A stretch of 63,920 nucleotides of DNA, filler included, from Rozella allomycis CSF55 (GCA_000442015.1; 7 parts of 7 records of this genome joined end to end with filler, not necessarily neighbours in it), one strand, 5' to 3'; positions 48,869-61,652 are shown, counted from the first letter of the whole stretch. The notes: generated by a model from the letters alone, not told the origin. A program made the numbers and translations.

Positions 48869-51020
48869 TTGCTTTTCTTTTGAGTCAATAGTCCACACTA
48901 CATATTGATTATATGAAGGAGTGTTCCTATCCATCTTTGTAAATGTTTCTTCACTAGTTGTGATGACTATTGGATTGGAAATTGTGTACTCCTTTAATAG
49001 TTTAAACCAGGTTTCGTTTTCCTTCATTGGTGTTAAAATTGATCCCTTTGATTTATCCATGACTAATTTCATCAGAAGTTTGTGAATGAGATCGTCCTTG
49101 GGTTCTGCCCAAATAACTTTTTTTCTTAGTGTAGCTTGGAACATTGTTTTTCATTGAGGCATTGAGGCAGAAAACAGGTAATTTGTTATTTCCAGGATTA
49201 GCTAAGAGCTCCATAGAAAAGGGNTTACAGTGCCACGAAGAGGGAATTATCAAGAATTATATTTGCCTTAAAGAAGTTTTATAACTATGTTTATGGGAGC
49301 CATTTTACCCTATATACAGATCATCGAGCTCTTGCTTTTCTGTTTACACAAAAGCATTGATGAACAGTTGGATGGATTTATTACTGGAGTATGATTTCCA
49401 GATCATACACAGGCCGGGAATGCTAAATATTCTACCTGAGAGACTAAATCAGATTTACGATGCCAGTCCTTTGAAGGGAGGTGAACAACCCAAGATCATG
49501 AAAATACATAAAGAAGAAGGACTTGTTAACAACCCCTTAATGTTATCAGACAGGATATTCAGAAGGATTGAAAAACATAGGGGACCCTTCTCTATGGAGC
49601 TCGTAGCTAATCCGGGAAATAACAAACTGCCTGTTTTCTGCATTAATGAGAAAGAATGTTTCAAACTACCATTAGGAAAAGAAATTTTTTGGGCAGAACC
49701 CAAGGAAGAACTTATACACAAACTTTTAGTGAAACTAATCATGGATAAAACAAAAGGATCAATTTTAACACCGTTGAAGGAAAACGAAACTTGGTTTAAA
49801 TTGTTGAAGGAGTATACAATTTCCAATCCAATAGTCATCACAACTAATGAAGAAACATTTCGAAAGTTGGATAGAAACACACCTTCTTACAATCAATATG
49901 TAGTATGGACGANGGTTGAAGGAAAACGAAACCTGGTTTAAATTGTTGAAGGAGTACACAATTTCCAACCCAATAGTCATCAAAACTAATGAAGAAACAT
50001 TTCTAAAGTTGGACAGAAACACACCCTCCTACAATCAATGTGTAGTATGGACGAGTGATACAAAAGAGAAACAAAATAAGAATGTTGAATTTATTAATTA
50101 TACAGGGGCTGGAGTTTTAACAAGAAGTGAGAGACATATCACAGATTAACATTCCGATCAAGGAGATTATAATTGTCGAAACCCTCCAGGAGGTTTCTCT
50201 ACAAAATCCAACTCTGGAACAACGAGAAAATATTATTAAACAAGCTCATGAAAAAGGACATTTTGGAGAGAAATCGATAGTGAAACAGATAAGATCGAAG
50301 GGCTACAACTGGCCATCCATCAGATCAGACTGTGANAAAATCTTCAAGTAAAATTTGGACTACATCAGCATGACCTTTGACAGAAGCCTGTCGAATAGCA
50401 TGATTGTCACAATCGCTAGGATCTACTCTAGGATCTGCAAGCAAAAGTTTAACAACTTCTGAACGACCTTTCTCAGAAGCGCACTGAATAGCATCATTGC
50501 GATACCCACTTGGATCTACCCTACAGTCTTCAAGTAAAATTTGGACTACATCTACGTGACCGTTACCAGAAGCCNTTCCGAAAAAGCATTCGATCGGATA
50601 AAGGTCGAGAATTTCTTAATAGAATCATTTCACAAATGATGAAATTATCAAACATTAATCAGAGGTTCATCACACCATACAACNATCTCTATGGACTTGA
50701 AAGAATGTCCATTATCCAAAAGAGAGAATAAGTATCTTTTACATATAGTTGACACATGTACAAGGTTCATATTTCTTAGAGCCCTACAAGATAAGGAAAT
50801 GAAAACAATAGCAGCTACATTGTTTTCTTTGTTTTGTGAATTCGGGTTCCGAAAAAGCATTCGATCGGATAAAGGTCGAGAATTTCTTAATAGAATCATT
50901 TCACAAATGATGAAATTATCAAACATTAATCAGAGGTTCATCACACCATACAACCCTAGAGCTAATGGAATAGCAGAAAGGTTTATAGGGACGGTAGCGA
51001 ATACAATCTACAAGAATTAA
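48869..51020. mobile_element. Ty3/Gypsy pol fragments: RNase H - Dam-like methyltransferase domain - integrase
   Basis: RNase H (YTDHRAL..LLEYDFQIIHRPGMLN), Dam-like domain (~49520-49850; minus-strand copy 48869-49223), integrase Zn finger (AHEKGHFG..GYNWPSI), rve core (VDTCTRF, IRSDKGREF, PYNPRANGIAERF). Confidence 0.85.
50337..50573 (-). CDS. Ankyrin repeat fragment, likely part of the F-box/ankyrin gene or a paralog
   Basis: ASGNGHVDVVQILLEDCRVDPSG..NDAIQCASEKGRSEVVKLLLADPRVDPSDCDNHAIRQASVKGHADVVQILLED. Confidence 0.8.
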
Positions 51021-51024
51021 AGAN

Positions 51025-51578
51025 AATCTGCAAGCAAAAGCTGGACTACATCTGCGTGACCTTTAATACAAGCCCAACGAATCGCATTATTGTCTCGCGC
51101 ACTTGGATCGACTTTTGGATTTTTTTAACAGATGTTTGACAATCTCAGTATGTCCATTTTTTGCAGCCATTATTATCGCATGGTTTCGGTCTGCTGAAGG
51201 ATCAAGTCGGTCAAAACTATCCCAATTCGGAATAACATGCAATAGATCATATTGGCATGCAAATTGGAACGCATAGTTGACAGCTTTTTGAGAAGTGTCA
51301 TCTTGTTTTAGAAAGTTCAAAAAATGCACAAACCTTTTACTGTCTTCGCGGATATCGTCACATATATCTTTGGTTAGCGAAATACCACAGAATTGTTGGA
51401 TTAGATATTGAATTACATATGGACATTTCCACGAAATACTCACTTCAGGATCTTGGTGAAGAATAAAGTCGAAGCAAACAGTGCGCTGCCAACGGGACGT
51501 TTTAGAAATTTGTTTCAAATCGTATAGGTTTAAGTGCGATAAAATTACCAGCCAAACCTCATGCGGGAAATAGAGCAT
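51025..51578 (-). CDS. F-box + ankyrin-repeat protein, frameshift in a poly-A run
   Basis: MLYFPHEVWLVILSHLNLYDLKQISKTSRWQR F-box; DPSADRNHAIIMAAKNGHTEIVKHLL and VDPSARDNNAIRWACIKGHADVV ankyrin repeats. Confidence 0.8.
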
Positions 51579-51711
51579 TTTCTAAAGTGGCTGATGTTCA
51601 GACCTCAGAGGNNNNNNNNNNNNNNNNNNNNNNNNNNNNNNNNNNNNNNNNNNNNTTAATTAATTAANNNNNNNNNNNNNNNNNNNNNNNNNNNNNNNNN
51701 NNNNNNNNNNN

Positions 51712-52245
51712 CTGATCTGCTCAATCGTTCCATTGACAGGCATAGATATCTTCTGCTGCCCAATCAAGTTGCCTTTTTCCCAGCTCCAATAGAAAATACA
51801 CCAGTCAGGTTCACCCGTACTAGCCAAAATAAACTTGTTATCATGTGAGAAAACTACATTCGTAAACGGCTTTATCACCCCATAACAATACCATTACCGT
51901 GTTCATATCCATGACATTCAACACCCGTCGTTTGCGCATCGTCGTCATATCCAGCACACTAATAGTCGCCTGCCCCATCACCGTCGACAATTCCGCCACG
52001 GCCAGAAACCTCTTATTACCCGATAGCGCCAAACACGTTATTTCAATTGCGTGGTCGCTGATAATCAGGATTTTCTGCGTCTTTTGTTCGATATGGTAGA
52101 TTATCACGTTGCTTCCAGACGGATATATGATATTCTGCTCGTCAACGAAGGAAACGTTGTTTTTTATTTTTCCGTTGATACCGAATGCGAATCTATTAAT
52201 GGGGTACCGGGGAACTTACTTGGGAGTTATACCGGCGATTGACAT
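51712..52245 (-). CDS. CFAP57: CFAP57/WDR65 flagellar WD40 protein, 5' part
   Basis: FGINGKIKNNVSFVDEQNIIYPSGSNVIIYHIEQKTQK..LALSGNKRFLAVAE..MRKRRVL..FSHDNKFI..GEPDW...WSWEK. Confidence 0.85.
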
Positions 52246-52701
52246 TGTGGAATGTTTGTAACCAAGGTGACTGGGAGTTGGTATTGTTAAGGTAAGGTTA
52301 AGGGGTGCGATGTTATGGAGTTTTGGGAAATGTATGTTAAATGATATATAGTTAATTATTATTGACTGTCAATTTCTTTTCAGTTAAAGTGGAATTTTTG
52401 TGTTCCAACATCGTTCAGGTAGAGTAGAACAGAATGCATTTTTTGATATCATTCTATTGAATTATGAATAAAATCTCGTTTAAAAGATTTACCTAAAAAT
52501 ATTCCTTCCAATGTGGTTTATTTTTAAAAAATTGATTCCAGGACATGTGCCATAGCAATTCTCAAGTGTGAAACCCCAAATATCTATTCCAAATAATGAA
52601 GCTTTTATTGTAATAAGCATAGCGAAAGTTGGAAAAGGAAGAATTAATTATAAAATTAATTCATTGATTCATACGTTCCACGGGTAGGTGAACCACGGTT
52701 T

Positions 52702-52869
52702 TGTAATAATTACTTGTTAATAAATTAGAAAACTAATTTAAAAGTCTGAATTAACAAGACTGGGATCTTGTATTCAGTGAATTTATTTATATTGTTTTCC
52801 TAAGCTTTAATCGATTATCGATGATCGGGAAATCTAATAGTTACTTCCTTATGTAAGGGTATCCTTACA
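52702..52869 (-). repeat. 3' LTR
   Basis: 168 bp; 6 mismatches against 57255-57422 by manual comparison. Confidence 0.95.
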
Positions 52870-55800
52870 TTACCCCCTCTTTTAGGATTTCTTTTTGATT
52901 TGTGATAATTATCGATCAGTGACGTAAAATTCTTCAAAGTATCAATATTTTCCCAACTTCTTTCTGATGGTGTGGTACTAAGTAATGCAGTTTTTCATTA
53001 ATAAATTTAGAATCTATAATAGTCTCTGGTTGTAATAAATTTTCTGTATTAATTAGAATAGGATAATCAATGAATTTTTCTTTCTTTAAAAATTGTTTAG
53101 AAGGATTGAATGGTTCTAGTAAGGCAACATGAAACACATTGTGAATACGATACTCAGATGGCAATTTCAACTTATAGGTAACTTTGTTAATCCGTTCTAA
53201 GATAGTGAAAGGTCCAATAAACTGAAAATCAAGTTTTTTACACGGTCTGGTTGATTTTGTTTTCAAAAATACTTTGTCTCCCACTTGGTATTCTTTAAAT
53301 CAACGTTTNGAAATCAAGTTTTTTACACGGTCTGGTGGATTTTAAATTATCAGTTTTCAAAAATACTTTGTCTCCCACTTGGTAGTCTTTAAATAAACGT
53401 TTGTTTTTGACAAATTTCGCTTGTTGTTTCTGACTCTCATTTACAGTGTCATTTAAAAACCTACTAATGTTTCTTAAATTTAATATTAAAGATTCAGCCT
53501 TAGGTACTGTTGAGTCGAAAACTGGAGAAAAAAATATTGAAGGATTAAAACCATAATTAGCATAGAACGGTGTAAGTTGTGTTGTTGCTTGTATTGTGTT
53601 ATTATAAGTAAACTCAGCAAAATACAATAAATCTTTCCAAATGGTTTGTTCGTAATTTACATATGCTCGTAAGTATTGTTCTAATATTTGATTATTTGAT
53701 TTACTCTCTCTGTTTGGCATCAGTTTCAGGGTGAAAAGCTGTTGATAAACTTGGTTTACAATTTAATAGCTCCCAAAAACGTTTCCAAAATTTAGCAATG
53801 AACTGAGGGCCTCTATCTGATATTATGCATTGAGGGACACCATAAATTTTGAAAATATTTTTCATGAATAATTCAGCTGTCTGGTGAGCTTTTATTGATT
53901 TTGAGCAAGGTAAAAATGCGCCATTTTTGTTAATCGATCTATAATGACACATATGGAATCTGCTTTATCACTCAATGGCAAGTCTGTTATACAATCCAAC
54001 GAAATTGATGTCCATGGCTTTTGTGAAGGCGGAATGCTTTGAAGTAAACCATATTTCAAATGTTTCGGTTTCTTAACCATTTTACACATCGGACATGCTT
54101 GAATATATTTAGAAATAAATTGTTTCATGTTGGGCCAAAACAAATCTCGGTTTATCAAATTATATGTCTTATTGTAACCAAAATGGCCTCCCAACAAACT
54201 ATCATGTCTTGTTTTCAAAATTTCGTTTTTAATATTATCATCGTCAGGAACATAAATTAAACCATTTTTATATAATATTTCATTTTGAATTTTAAACGCT
54301 GGAAATTGTTTTGGTTCTTTTTTAATGTTTAAATAAATGTTTTCTAACATTAGTTTAGATTTAATATTCTTCATTAGATTGCTATTGTCGGTCGTAGTAA
54401 AATCTTTAAGATTCACAGTTTGAGAAATTGATACTGCTACTATTTGCGATGGCTTTAGAATTGAATTTTCGATTTTAGGAGTTGCTTCATATGCAGCTTC
54501 CAATTCAGGGGCTCTACTCAGTGCATCGGCCAAAAAATTTTCTTTACCTGTTATGTAGGATATTTCAAAATTAAAATCAGAGAAGAACATTGCACATCTT
54601 GCCTGTCTCCTGTTCAAAATTTTCGACGTCATAAAAAATATTAAATTTTTGTGATCTGTTTGCACTTGGATAGTTTCCTGAGCTCCAACTAAATAATGTC
54701 TCCAAACTTGAAACAATCTTTAATTGCTAAAAGTTCTTTATCATGAATTCCGTAATTTAACTCTGCACAAGAGAATTTTCGGGAATGGTAAGCAACAGGA
54801 TGTAATAAACCTTTTTTAACCTTTTGTAATAATACGCCACCCAAAGCAAAATCCGATGCGTCTGTTTGAACAACAAATGGCTTAACCATATCTGGAAATT
54901 GTAAAATTGGCATTTTAATAAATTTTGATTTTAATATTTCAAAAGCATTTTTGCATTCATTTGTCCAGTTAAATTTTCCTATATTTTTCTTTAATAAATT
55001 TGTTAGCGGAATAGCGATTTTTGAATAGTTTGAAATAAATTTGCGATAATAATTTGTTACTCCAAGGAATCTTTGCAATTGTTTTACATTCTTTGACTCC
55101 TCCCATTTTTGATTTGACAGTACTTTATTCTTGTGCATGGATATTCCATTAATATTGATATCGAAACCCAAAAAATCAACTTTAGTGACATGAAAAAAAA
55201 CATTTTTCTAATTTCGCAAATAAATTGTGTTCTCTTAATCTCTGCACAACTGTTTTAACATGCTGTTCATGCTCTTCTGGGGTTTTTGAAAAAATTAAAA
55301 TATCAACTAGGTAAAGCACAACAACTTGATCTAATAAATCATGAAAAATACTATTCATCATATTCTGAAAAATCGATGGGGCGTTACATAATCCAAAAGG
55401 CATTACTTGATATTCAAAATGTCCGTACTTAGTAAGGAATGCTGTTTTCCATTGATCGGATTTTTTAACCCTTATTAAATTGTAGGCGCCTCTTAAATAA
55501 AGTTCAGTGAATATTTTTGAGCCTTTCAGATTATCTATCAAATTTTGAATAAGGGGTAGTGGATATCTATTTTTAACTGTAATACTATTCAATTTTCTAT
55601 AATCCACAACTAATCGCAGTGATCCGTCCTTCTTTTTTACAAACATAATGGTTGAAGCTGCGGGAGATTTACTTGGAACAATAAACTTTTTCTTCAGATG
55701 GTCATCTAAATAAATTTTCAAAGCCCTTGATTCATCTTGTGATAGATTATATATAGGGCTAAAAGATGGTCTACTATTATTCACTAAATCAATTGCAATA

Positions 55801-57241
55801 TCAAACTCTGAATGCTCCGGCAATTGATCAGCATTTTATTCACTGAACACATCAAAATATTCATGATAAACTTTTGGAAAATTTGGATGAAGTTTGGTTT
55901 CTTCAGACTCCAAAGCCAATAAAGCATTTACAGAATGAATTACTTTCTTTGCTCTATGCATTTGATAAATATTATTAGATTTCATTTCATGAAAAATATT
56001 AGACATTTTAGCATTAGAAAGATTAAAATGATTAGACTTATTACACAAAATATTTCTACCATTAGTTTCAATACTCATGGTTCGATGTTTCCAATCAATA
56101 TTAGGATTGGTTTTAGTTAACCAATCCATACCTAAATGATACTGAAATGGGGACTTTTGATGAATTTAAAGGTATGTTGATTGGTTTGTTCATTTATAGA
56201 AAACGTTAGACGCTCACAATGGCGGTCAATGTTTAATGGTTGTCCATCAATCGTTTCAACTGTTTCACAATTTGACATGGTGGACGACGGAATATTGAAT
56301 TTCTGAGCGAAATCTTTATCAATAAATGAAGTTGATGCGCCAGAATCAATGAGTACATGAGTAACAATATCATTCTTAATAGAAATAGGAAACACAAGAT
56401 GGTACGAAGATAAATTATTCTTTATAGCACCATTAGCAGTACAATCTTTGGCTAAATGCCCTCGGGCTCTGCAACGAAAGCAACGACCTTCTCTCTTACA
56501 TTTCTCACGACCGTCCACTGATAGCTTGGAGAATTTGTTAAGAGTTCCATCAATTAGCATTGGTTCTGATGTTTCAGTTAATTCCATGTTATTCTGATGT
56601 TCATCAGATATTTTGGATGTTTTTTGAAAAGAATACATTTTGTTTCTTAATTTTCTTTCTTCAATTAAAAGAAGTAAATTATAAAATTCATGTAAATTTC
56701 TGGGTTCATTATGACACTCAAGAGTTTGCTATATATCACGATTAAGAGATTTAAAAACAAATGCCTGGATGGCTTCATCATTAAAGCCCGATAACGGTGC
56801 TAATCGTTGAAATTCAGCAATTAATGCACTCACGGTCCTATTCCCCTGCTTCATTTTTATTATTTTCTGTTGAATTGCTAATTTATTTTCTCTCAGTCCG
56901 AATTGTCTCTTCAACTGTGATATAAAATCTTCATAAGTCCTCAGGTTCTCATCGATGAGCCAATATGATTCTAACCAGTTGCTCACCGGACCCCTGCAAT
57001 ATGAAGCAGCATAGATAATCTTTTTGTTATCAGTGTTATACATCTGCTCATTCAACTCAAACACAAATCCCAACTGCATCAAAAAGGCTGCAAGTTTCTT
57101 TAAGTTTCCGTAAAAATATTCTGGTTCGCTGATTTTAGGAAGACCTGTTTTTCCAGATGTGGTCGTCATAAGTTTCTCAGATATTTGATTCAATGCTTGG
57201 GTTTGAGCTATGAAGTAATCTTTTAAATCCTGTTATTAATT

Positions 57242-57252
57242 AGTCTTGTTAA
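57242..57252 (-). promoter_or_regulatory. Primer-binding site complementary to the element's own LTR (self-priming type)
   Basis: PBS TTAACAAGACT is complementary to AGTCTTGTTAA in the LTR (57304-57314); no TGG tRNA-type PBS. Confidence 0.75.
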
Positions 57253-57254
57253 AG

Positions 57255-57422
57255 TGTAATAATTACTTGTTAATAAATTAGAAAACTAATTTAAAAGTCT
57301 GAATTAACAAGACTGGAGTCTTGTTTTCAGTGAAGTTATTTATATTGTTTTCCTAAGCTTTAATCTATTATCGATGATCGGGAAATCTAAGAGTTACTTC
57401 CTTATGTAAGGGTATCCTTACA
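57255..57422 (-). repeat. 5' LTR
   Basis: 168 bp; TATAAATA on the minus strand at 57337-57344. Confidence 0.95.
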
Positions 57423-57686
57423 GGTTTCCTTTCTGATAAAACTATTTTCTCGTAGGTTAAGGTAATGGTGCTTTCCCCACGAATAGGAAAAGGCTAGAAA
57501 TTGAGTTTGGTATAAAAAGGATTCATTTGGGATTTAAGTTTTTACAAATCTCAAAAACGAGCCTTTAACCGACTGAGAAAATGAACTAAAATTTATCCAT
57601 ATTTATTTCTCTGATTCTCCAATGAAATCAATGTGATAATTTCGATCTCCATAAATAGTAACTTTAAAAAATTGCCACGCCACTAG

Positions 57687-58538
57687 ATGAACTTTTCTTA
57701 CATAATAGTGTTTTTGCTAGCAAATATAAGTTTTATGTTTTCATATAAAAGAAAAGATTATTTACGCATAAACAGTCGATTAGAAGTTATCGTTGAAAAT
57801 GCCTACAGAGTATTGCATGGTCTCAGTTTGGAGTGGGTCAAGAGCAACAATGAATATAAATTATATGATCTTTTTTTAAAAGAAACGGATAAAGAAACAC
57901 TTGCAAATTTTGAAGAATATTTTAATAGCATTAACGAAAACCTTGATACTCTTATTATATGGAAAGCAAATATAGGGAATGAAGAACCTTTCAAAATGCC
58001 AGAAATACCACCAACACCATTTTACACGATTAAAGATAGCTCTTGCATAGTGGTGAATGTAAAAGCAATTAAGAATTCGCTTGATGAAATAGCTATTTTG
58101 AATGCATCATCGTTGGATCGTCCTGAACCAGAACCCTACACTTGGTCGGCTTCATTTATTGTTATTATTATTAAACTTATCTTCATAGGTACTATAATCG
58201 TTATGAACGAGTTTGTCGAAAAGAAAAAGAAAAAAGGTAGATCAAGGCTTAAAAGACGCTGTCTAATTTTGACTCCGGCTATTATTCTAAGTTGCATATG
58301 TTTCTTTGCATGGTATTTTCCAGTGACAAGTAAAAGACATGACTTGAATGAAAAATATAACAAGCTCGTGACAGAGAAATGTGAAATTTTGGCGGTACAA
58401 GAAGAAAGAGCCAATGAAATCATCAGTCGCTTACTACAATCGACAAAGATTCTCTACAATGCTAATGATCAATTCGGTGCTCACTTTAAAGATAAGTTAC
58501 CGGAACTCAAACTGAAAGCACAAAATAGAAAGTCATAA
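57687..58538 (+). CDS. Hypothetical membrane protein (signal peptide + 2 TM helices)
   Basis: Intronless 283-aa ORF with hydrophobic N-terminus and two TM segments around a basic loop. Confidence 0.65.
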   Translation: MNFSYIIVFLLANISFMFSYKRKDYLRINSRLEVIVENAYRVLHGLSLEWVKSNNEYKLYDLFLKETDKETLANFEEYFNSINENLDTLIIWKANIGNEEPFKMPEIPPTPFYTIKDSSCIVVNVKAIKNSLDEIAILNASSLDRPEPEPYTWSASFIVIIIKLIFIGTIIVMNEFVEKKKKKGRSRLKRRCLILTPAIILSCICFFAWYFPVTSKRHDLNEKYNKLVTEKCEILAVQEERANEIISRLLQSTKILYNANDQFGAHFKDKLPELKLKAQNRKS

Positions 58539-58609
58539 AGTTTTCCATTATTACTATTATTTTAAAATTTAAGTATATTATAATAATTTTCCTAACAAAT
58601 TTAAACATC

Positions 58610-59511
58610 ATGGGTCTCATTATAGTTAATTTTGTGCTACTACAGTGTAAAATCAATTTAAAACAACTCAAGGGGTTAACTGTTGTAACTTGTATTTTGG
58701 AAACCAAGGTGATGAGTGCAACCAAACCAATGAATGCAAAGTCTTTGTGCCAGATAATATGCTAATCGATATACCGATTCAGAAACAAGTATTTGTAAAA
58801 GTTACTGATCCCTTCACATCGAAAGCCCTAAGCAACATGATTTCAGGCTCCACAGCAGTCACTTCCAAAGATCCAATAATAATACGCAATAAATTTATGG
58901 AAGTATGAAGACCCCATCACTTTATCATAGATGCTTGATGATTTTGATATGAAGAAGAAATTGTTCGAGAGCCCTGATGACCAGATTGCGGAAATTAATC
59001 TTATAATGGAGCAAGTATCAAGTCATTATTCGCTGATAGCTCCAGTATTAATTAGGCTTAAAGTAATGATACATGATTTCTATTAAAAAAGACATGCTAT
59101 AATGAAATATACTCGGTGAAATCTACAAAAGAAGATAATAATGAAGATGCCATAAAGATCGCTGAATTAAATGAGAAAGTGAAATTTTTGAACAGAAAAA
59201 ACAATTTATTGAAAGAAAATGAAGTGAATTTAAACCACTCTTTATGTCACTTGCAAACCCAGATTCATACAAGAGAGGCACTTATAAACGAAAAGACGGC
59301 ATTAATTGTATCCGTTTTACAAGAAATACCTGTTAGTCAAGATGTTTCCAGAAAGGAATTCATGGTTGATTGGTTGAATCAGAAGATTAAATCTGGATTT
59401 GATTGTTCAAAAGAGTTAGAGCTCTTACTCAATCTTCCAGTGAACGAGAATAATGACAAGGAAGCATCGAAAAATGCTATCAAAGAAAATTCAGGCGCCC
59501 AAGAACATTAA
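58610..59511 (+). CDS. Hypothetical multi-exon coiled-coil protein
   Basis: Successive coding-like ORFs separated by short GT-AG gaps; exon structure not resolved. Confidence 0.4.
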
Positions 59512-59930
59512 ATATATAATGAATATCCTTAAGGTCATAATAAAGTATTATCAATGATTCAATCATACAGCTAAAGTTTTACTCTTCATTCAAACACATC
59601 TTGTCAGTTTCATCGATTCAAGAAATAAGCCTCATATTTGCTTTTCTGAGTATAGATTTTGGTTTATCAAGGCTCAAAAACAACACCAATAATACAATAT
59701 ATACTAACAATCCATAAAGTGCACAATCGCCCGAATTTATTTTGATTTGAATAGAACGCGGCGTATTAACATAATTTCTAAGAGAAAGAAGTTGCCCAAA
59801 ATGAAAAAAGCGCAGCTATATGCCGTCAAAATAAATATACCTTACACAGACCTCACAAATGTGGTATAACCCAAGCAATTTAAACTCAGAGAGAGAGCTT
59901 AAAACAAAAAATAATAAATAGTTTCTTTTA

Positions 59931-61471
59931 TTAGAGTTCCGCTTCTACCTTTTCCAAATTCTTTTCCCAAGTGTCAATATTCTAGTTTTATATGATTAAA
60001 TATTATTAATACGGCTTTATAATGATTAATTTGTTCCAATACATAGCTCTTGATTATTCTTTGTCTTGTAGCTTGAAATCTTTCCAGCTCATCATTGACC
60101 TATTTTGAAATGGTAGAAAGTTCTTCAGCAACCTTTTGCTTTTGAATTTCAAGCTGTTAGATATGATTAATTGTCATACTTGAGTTATAATATCTTTGGT
60201 TTTGGAAATCCCATGCTTTCTTGACATTTCAGGTGAAGTGTCAAGCATGTTACTCAAATGATTGGTAATATTAGTTACCACACTATTCTTTCTAGCAACA
60301 ACCGTCCCTTCAAGTTGAAGCAATTGATTTTGTTTGGCAAAATGTTCGTCTTGAATAGTTTCCAACTCCAATTGCTTTCCTCGTCGATAACGAAGGACAT
60401 TCTATGATAAATGGCGAATTCAAGTTACTTTAACACTTTGACTATAGAGCGCATATTCATGTAGTGATTCACCAAAACACTCTTCGAAATACGCTCCGAG
60501 ATTGTTTGTAGACAAATGAATTCCATCGATCCCTTCCCCTACCATTTCAAGGGCAGTGGATAAATTCTTCTCTTCTAGACTAAAACCATTAAAAGAAGCG
60601 CCCAAATCAGAATAATCTCCAGAGAGTTCTAATGTTATTGAAGTTGATCAATTACCTTGACATTTCCTTGAAATTCTTTTCTGTGTTTTATCAAGGGAAT
60701 TAATGAATGGCTATAATAGGAATTGTCGTTTTCGATTTCCAAAAATTTGGGATCGGGATTCTTCAATTTTGATGCTGATGCGCTGGCCTCGTCCTTTTTT
60801 ATGTTTTCAGACGCGACAATATCATTCTATGTTTCAATATCAAACCAAGGTTACCCAATTCTTGTTTTCCTCTAAGAAACGATGGAACAAATGATGAGAA
60901 CACAGAACAGGATGTTCTACAATTCTATTAAGAAAAGTCTGCAACATTCTCTCTCTCTTTTCAGATATTGCCAAATCAATCTTTGATTTCGATGGTTTAG
61001 CATAGCTAGCTACAAATAATCACTAATGCAAGCTTACAAAGTGAATGCTTTTCAGGAATTGGTGGAATGACGACAACAGGATGAAAGGAGCTCAAAATAT
61101 TTCTAAGGCTTTCGAAATCAGAGTACCGACGTTTAACGCTGAAATTCTAATCAATGAAATGCAACTTCACACTTTACTTTGAACACAATTTGATATAGGT
61201 AATGATTGCCTGTCCCGTCTGTATTCTTGTGCGCGTCTACAATTGAAATGACTTGCAATGGTCCTGAAGGGCATCGTTTTGTTTCATTGTGCTGGCTTAG
61301 TAAGCGGTCAACGGAGCAACAAAAGACGTCCTTTTGTACAGGTTTCGATTCTGTGTTCATGGAAGTGGTTGGCTCCGACGATACCATTGACGTTGTTAAA
61401 TTTTCATAATTTACGCCAGGTGTATAGTTGGCACTAAAAACAGTTCCTGGAGTTGTTTCAAATTCGTCCAT
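59931..61471 (-). CDS. PX-BAR sorting nexin (SNX4/Snx41/Atg20-like)
   Basis: PX motifs [50 protein letters not shown]; helical BAR region. Confidence 0.85.
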
Positions 61472-61652
61472 TAGGTCTGGCTGAGAATCAGGATATTGAA
61501 ATAATACATGAGCGATCTAAAATGCAAGAATAGTCTATTTAAAATAAATTAATAACACTATCTATGATTTTATTCTTTCAATATGCAAGTAAACACATCA
61601 AGGTGCAACCCAAGTTCAAGTTTCAACTGTAACCCAGCCACACTTATTTTGC

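Larger units (their letters stand above)
52702..57422 (-). mobile_element. Full-length, decayed Ty3/Gypsy chromovirus-type LTR retrotransposon (4.72 kb)
   Basis: Two 168-bp TG...CA LTRs, GGTTT 5-bp TSD (52697-52701 and 57423-57427), PPT at 52870-52880, gag+CCHC, protease LIDSGAS, RT (YLDD mutated to YLVD), RNase H, integrase; multiple frameshifts and stops. Confidence 0.97.

Noticed and set aside
52702-57422. RIP-like mutation of the LTR element
   Set aside because: LTR mismatches and visible coding lesions are mostly transversions and indels, not CpA-to-TpA transitions
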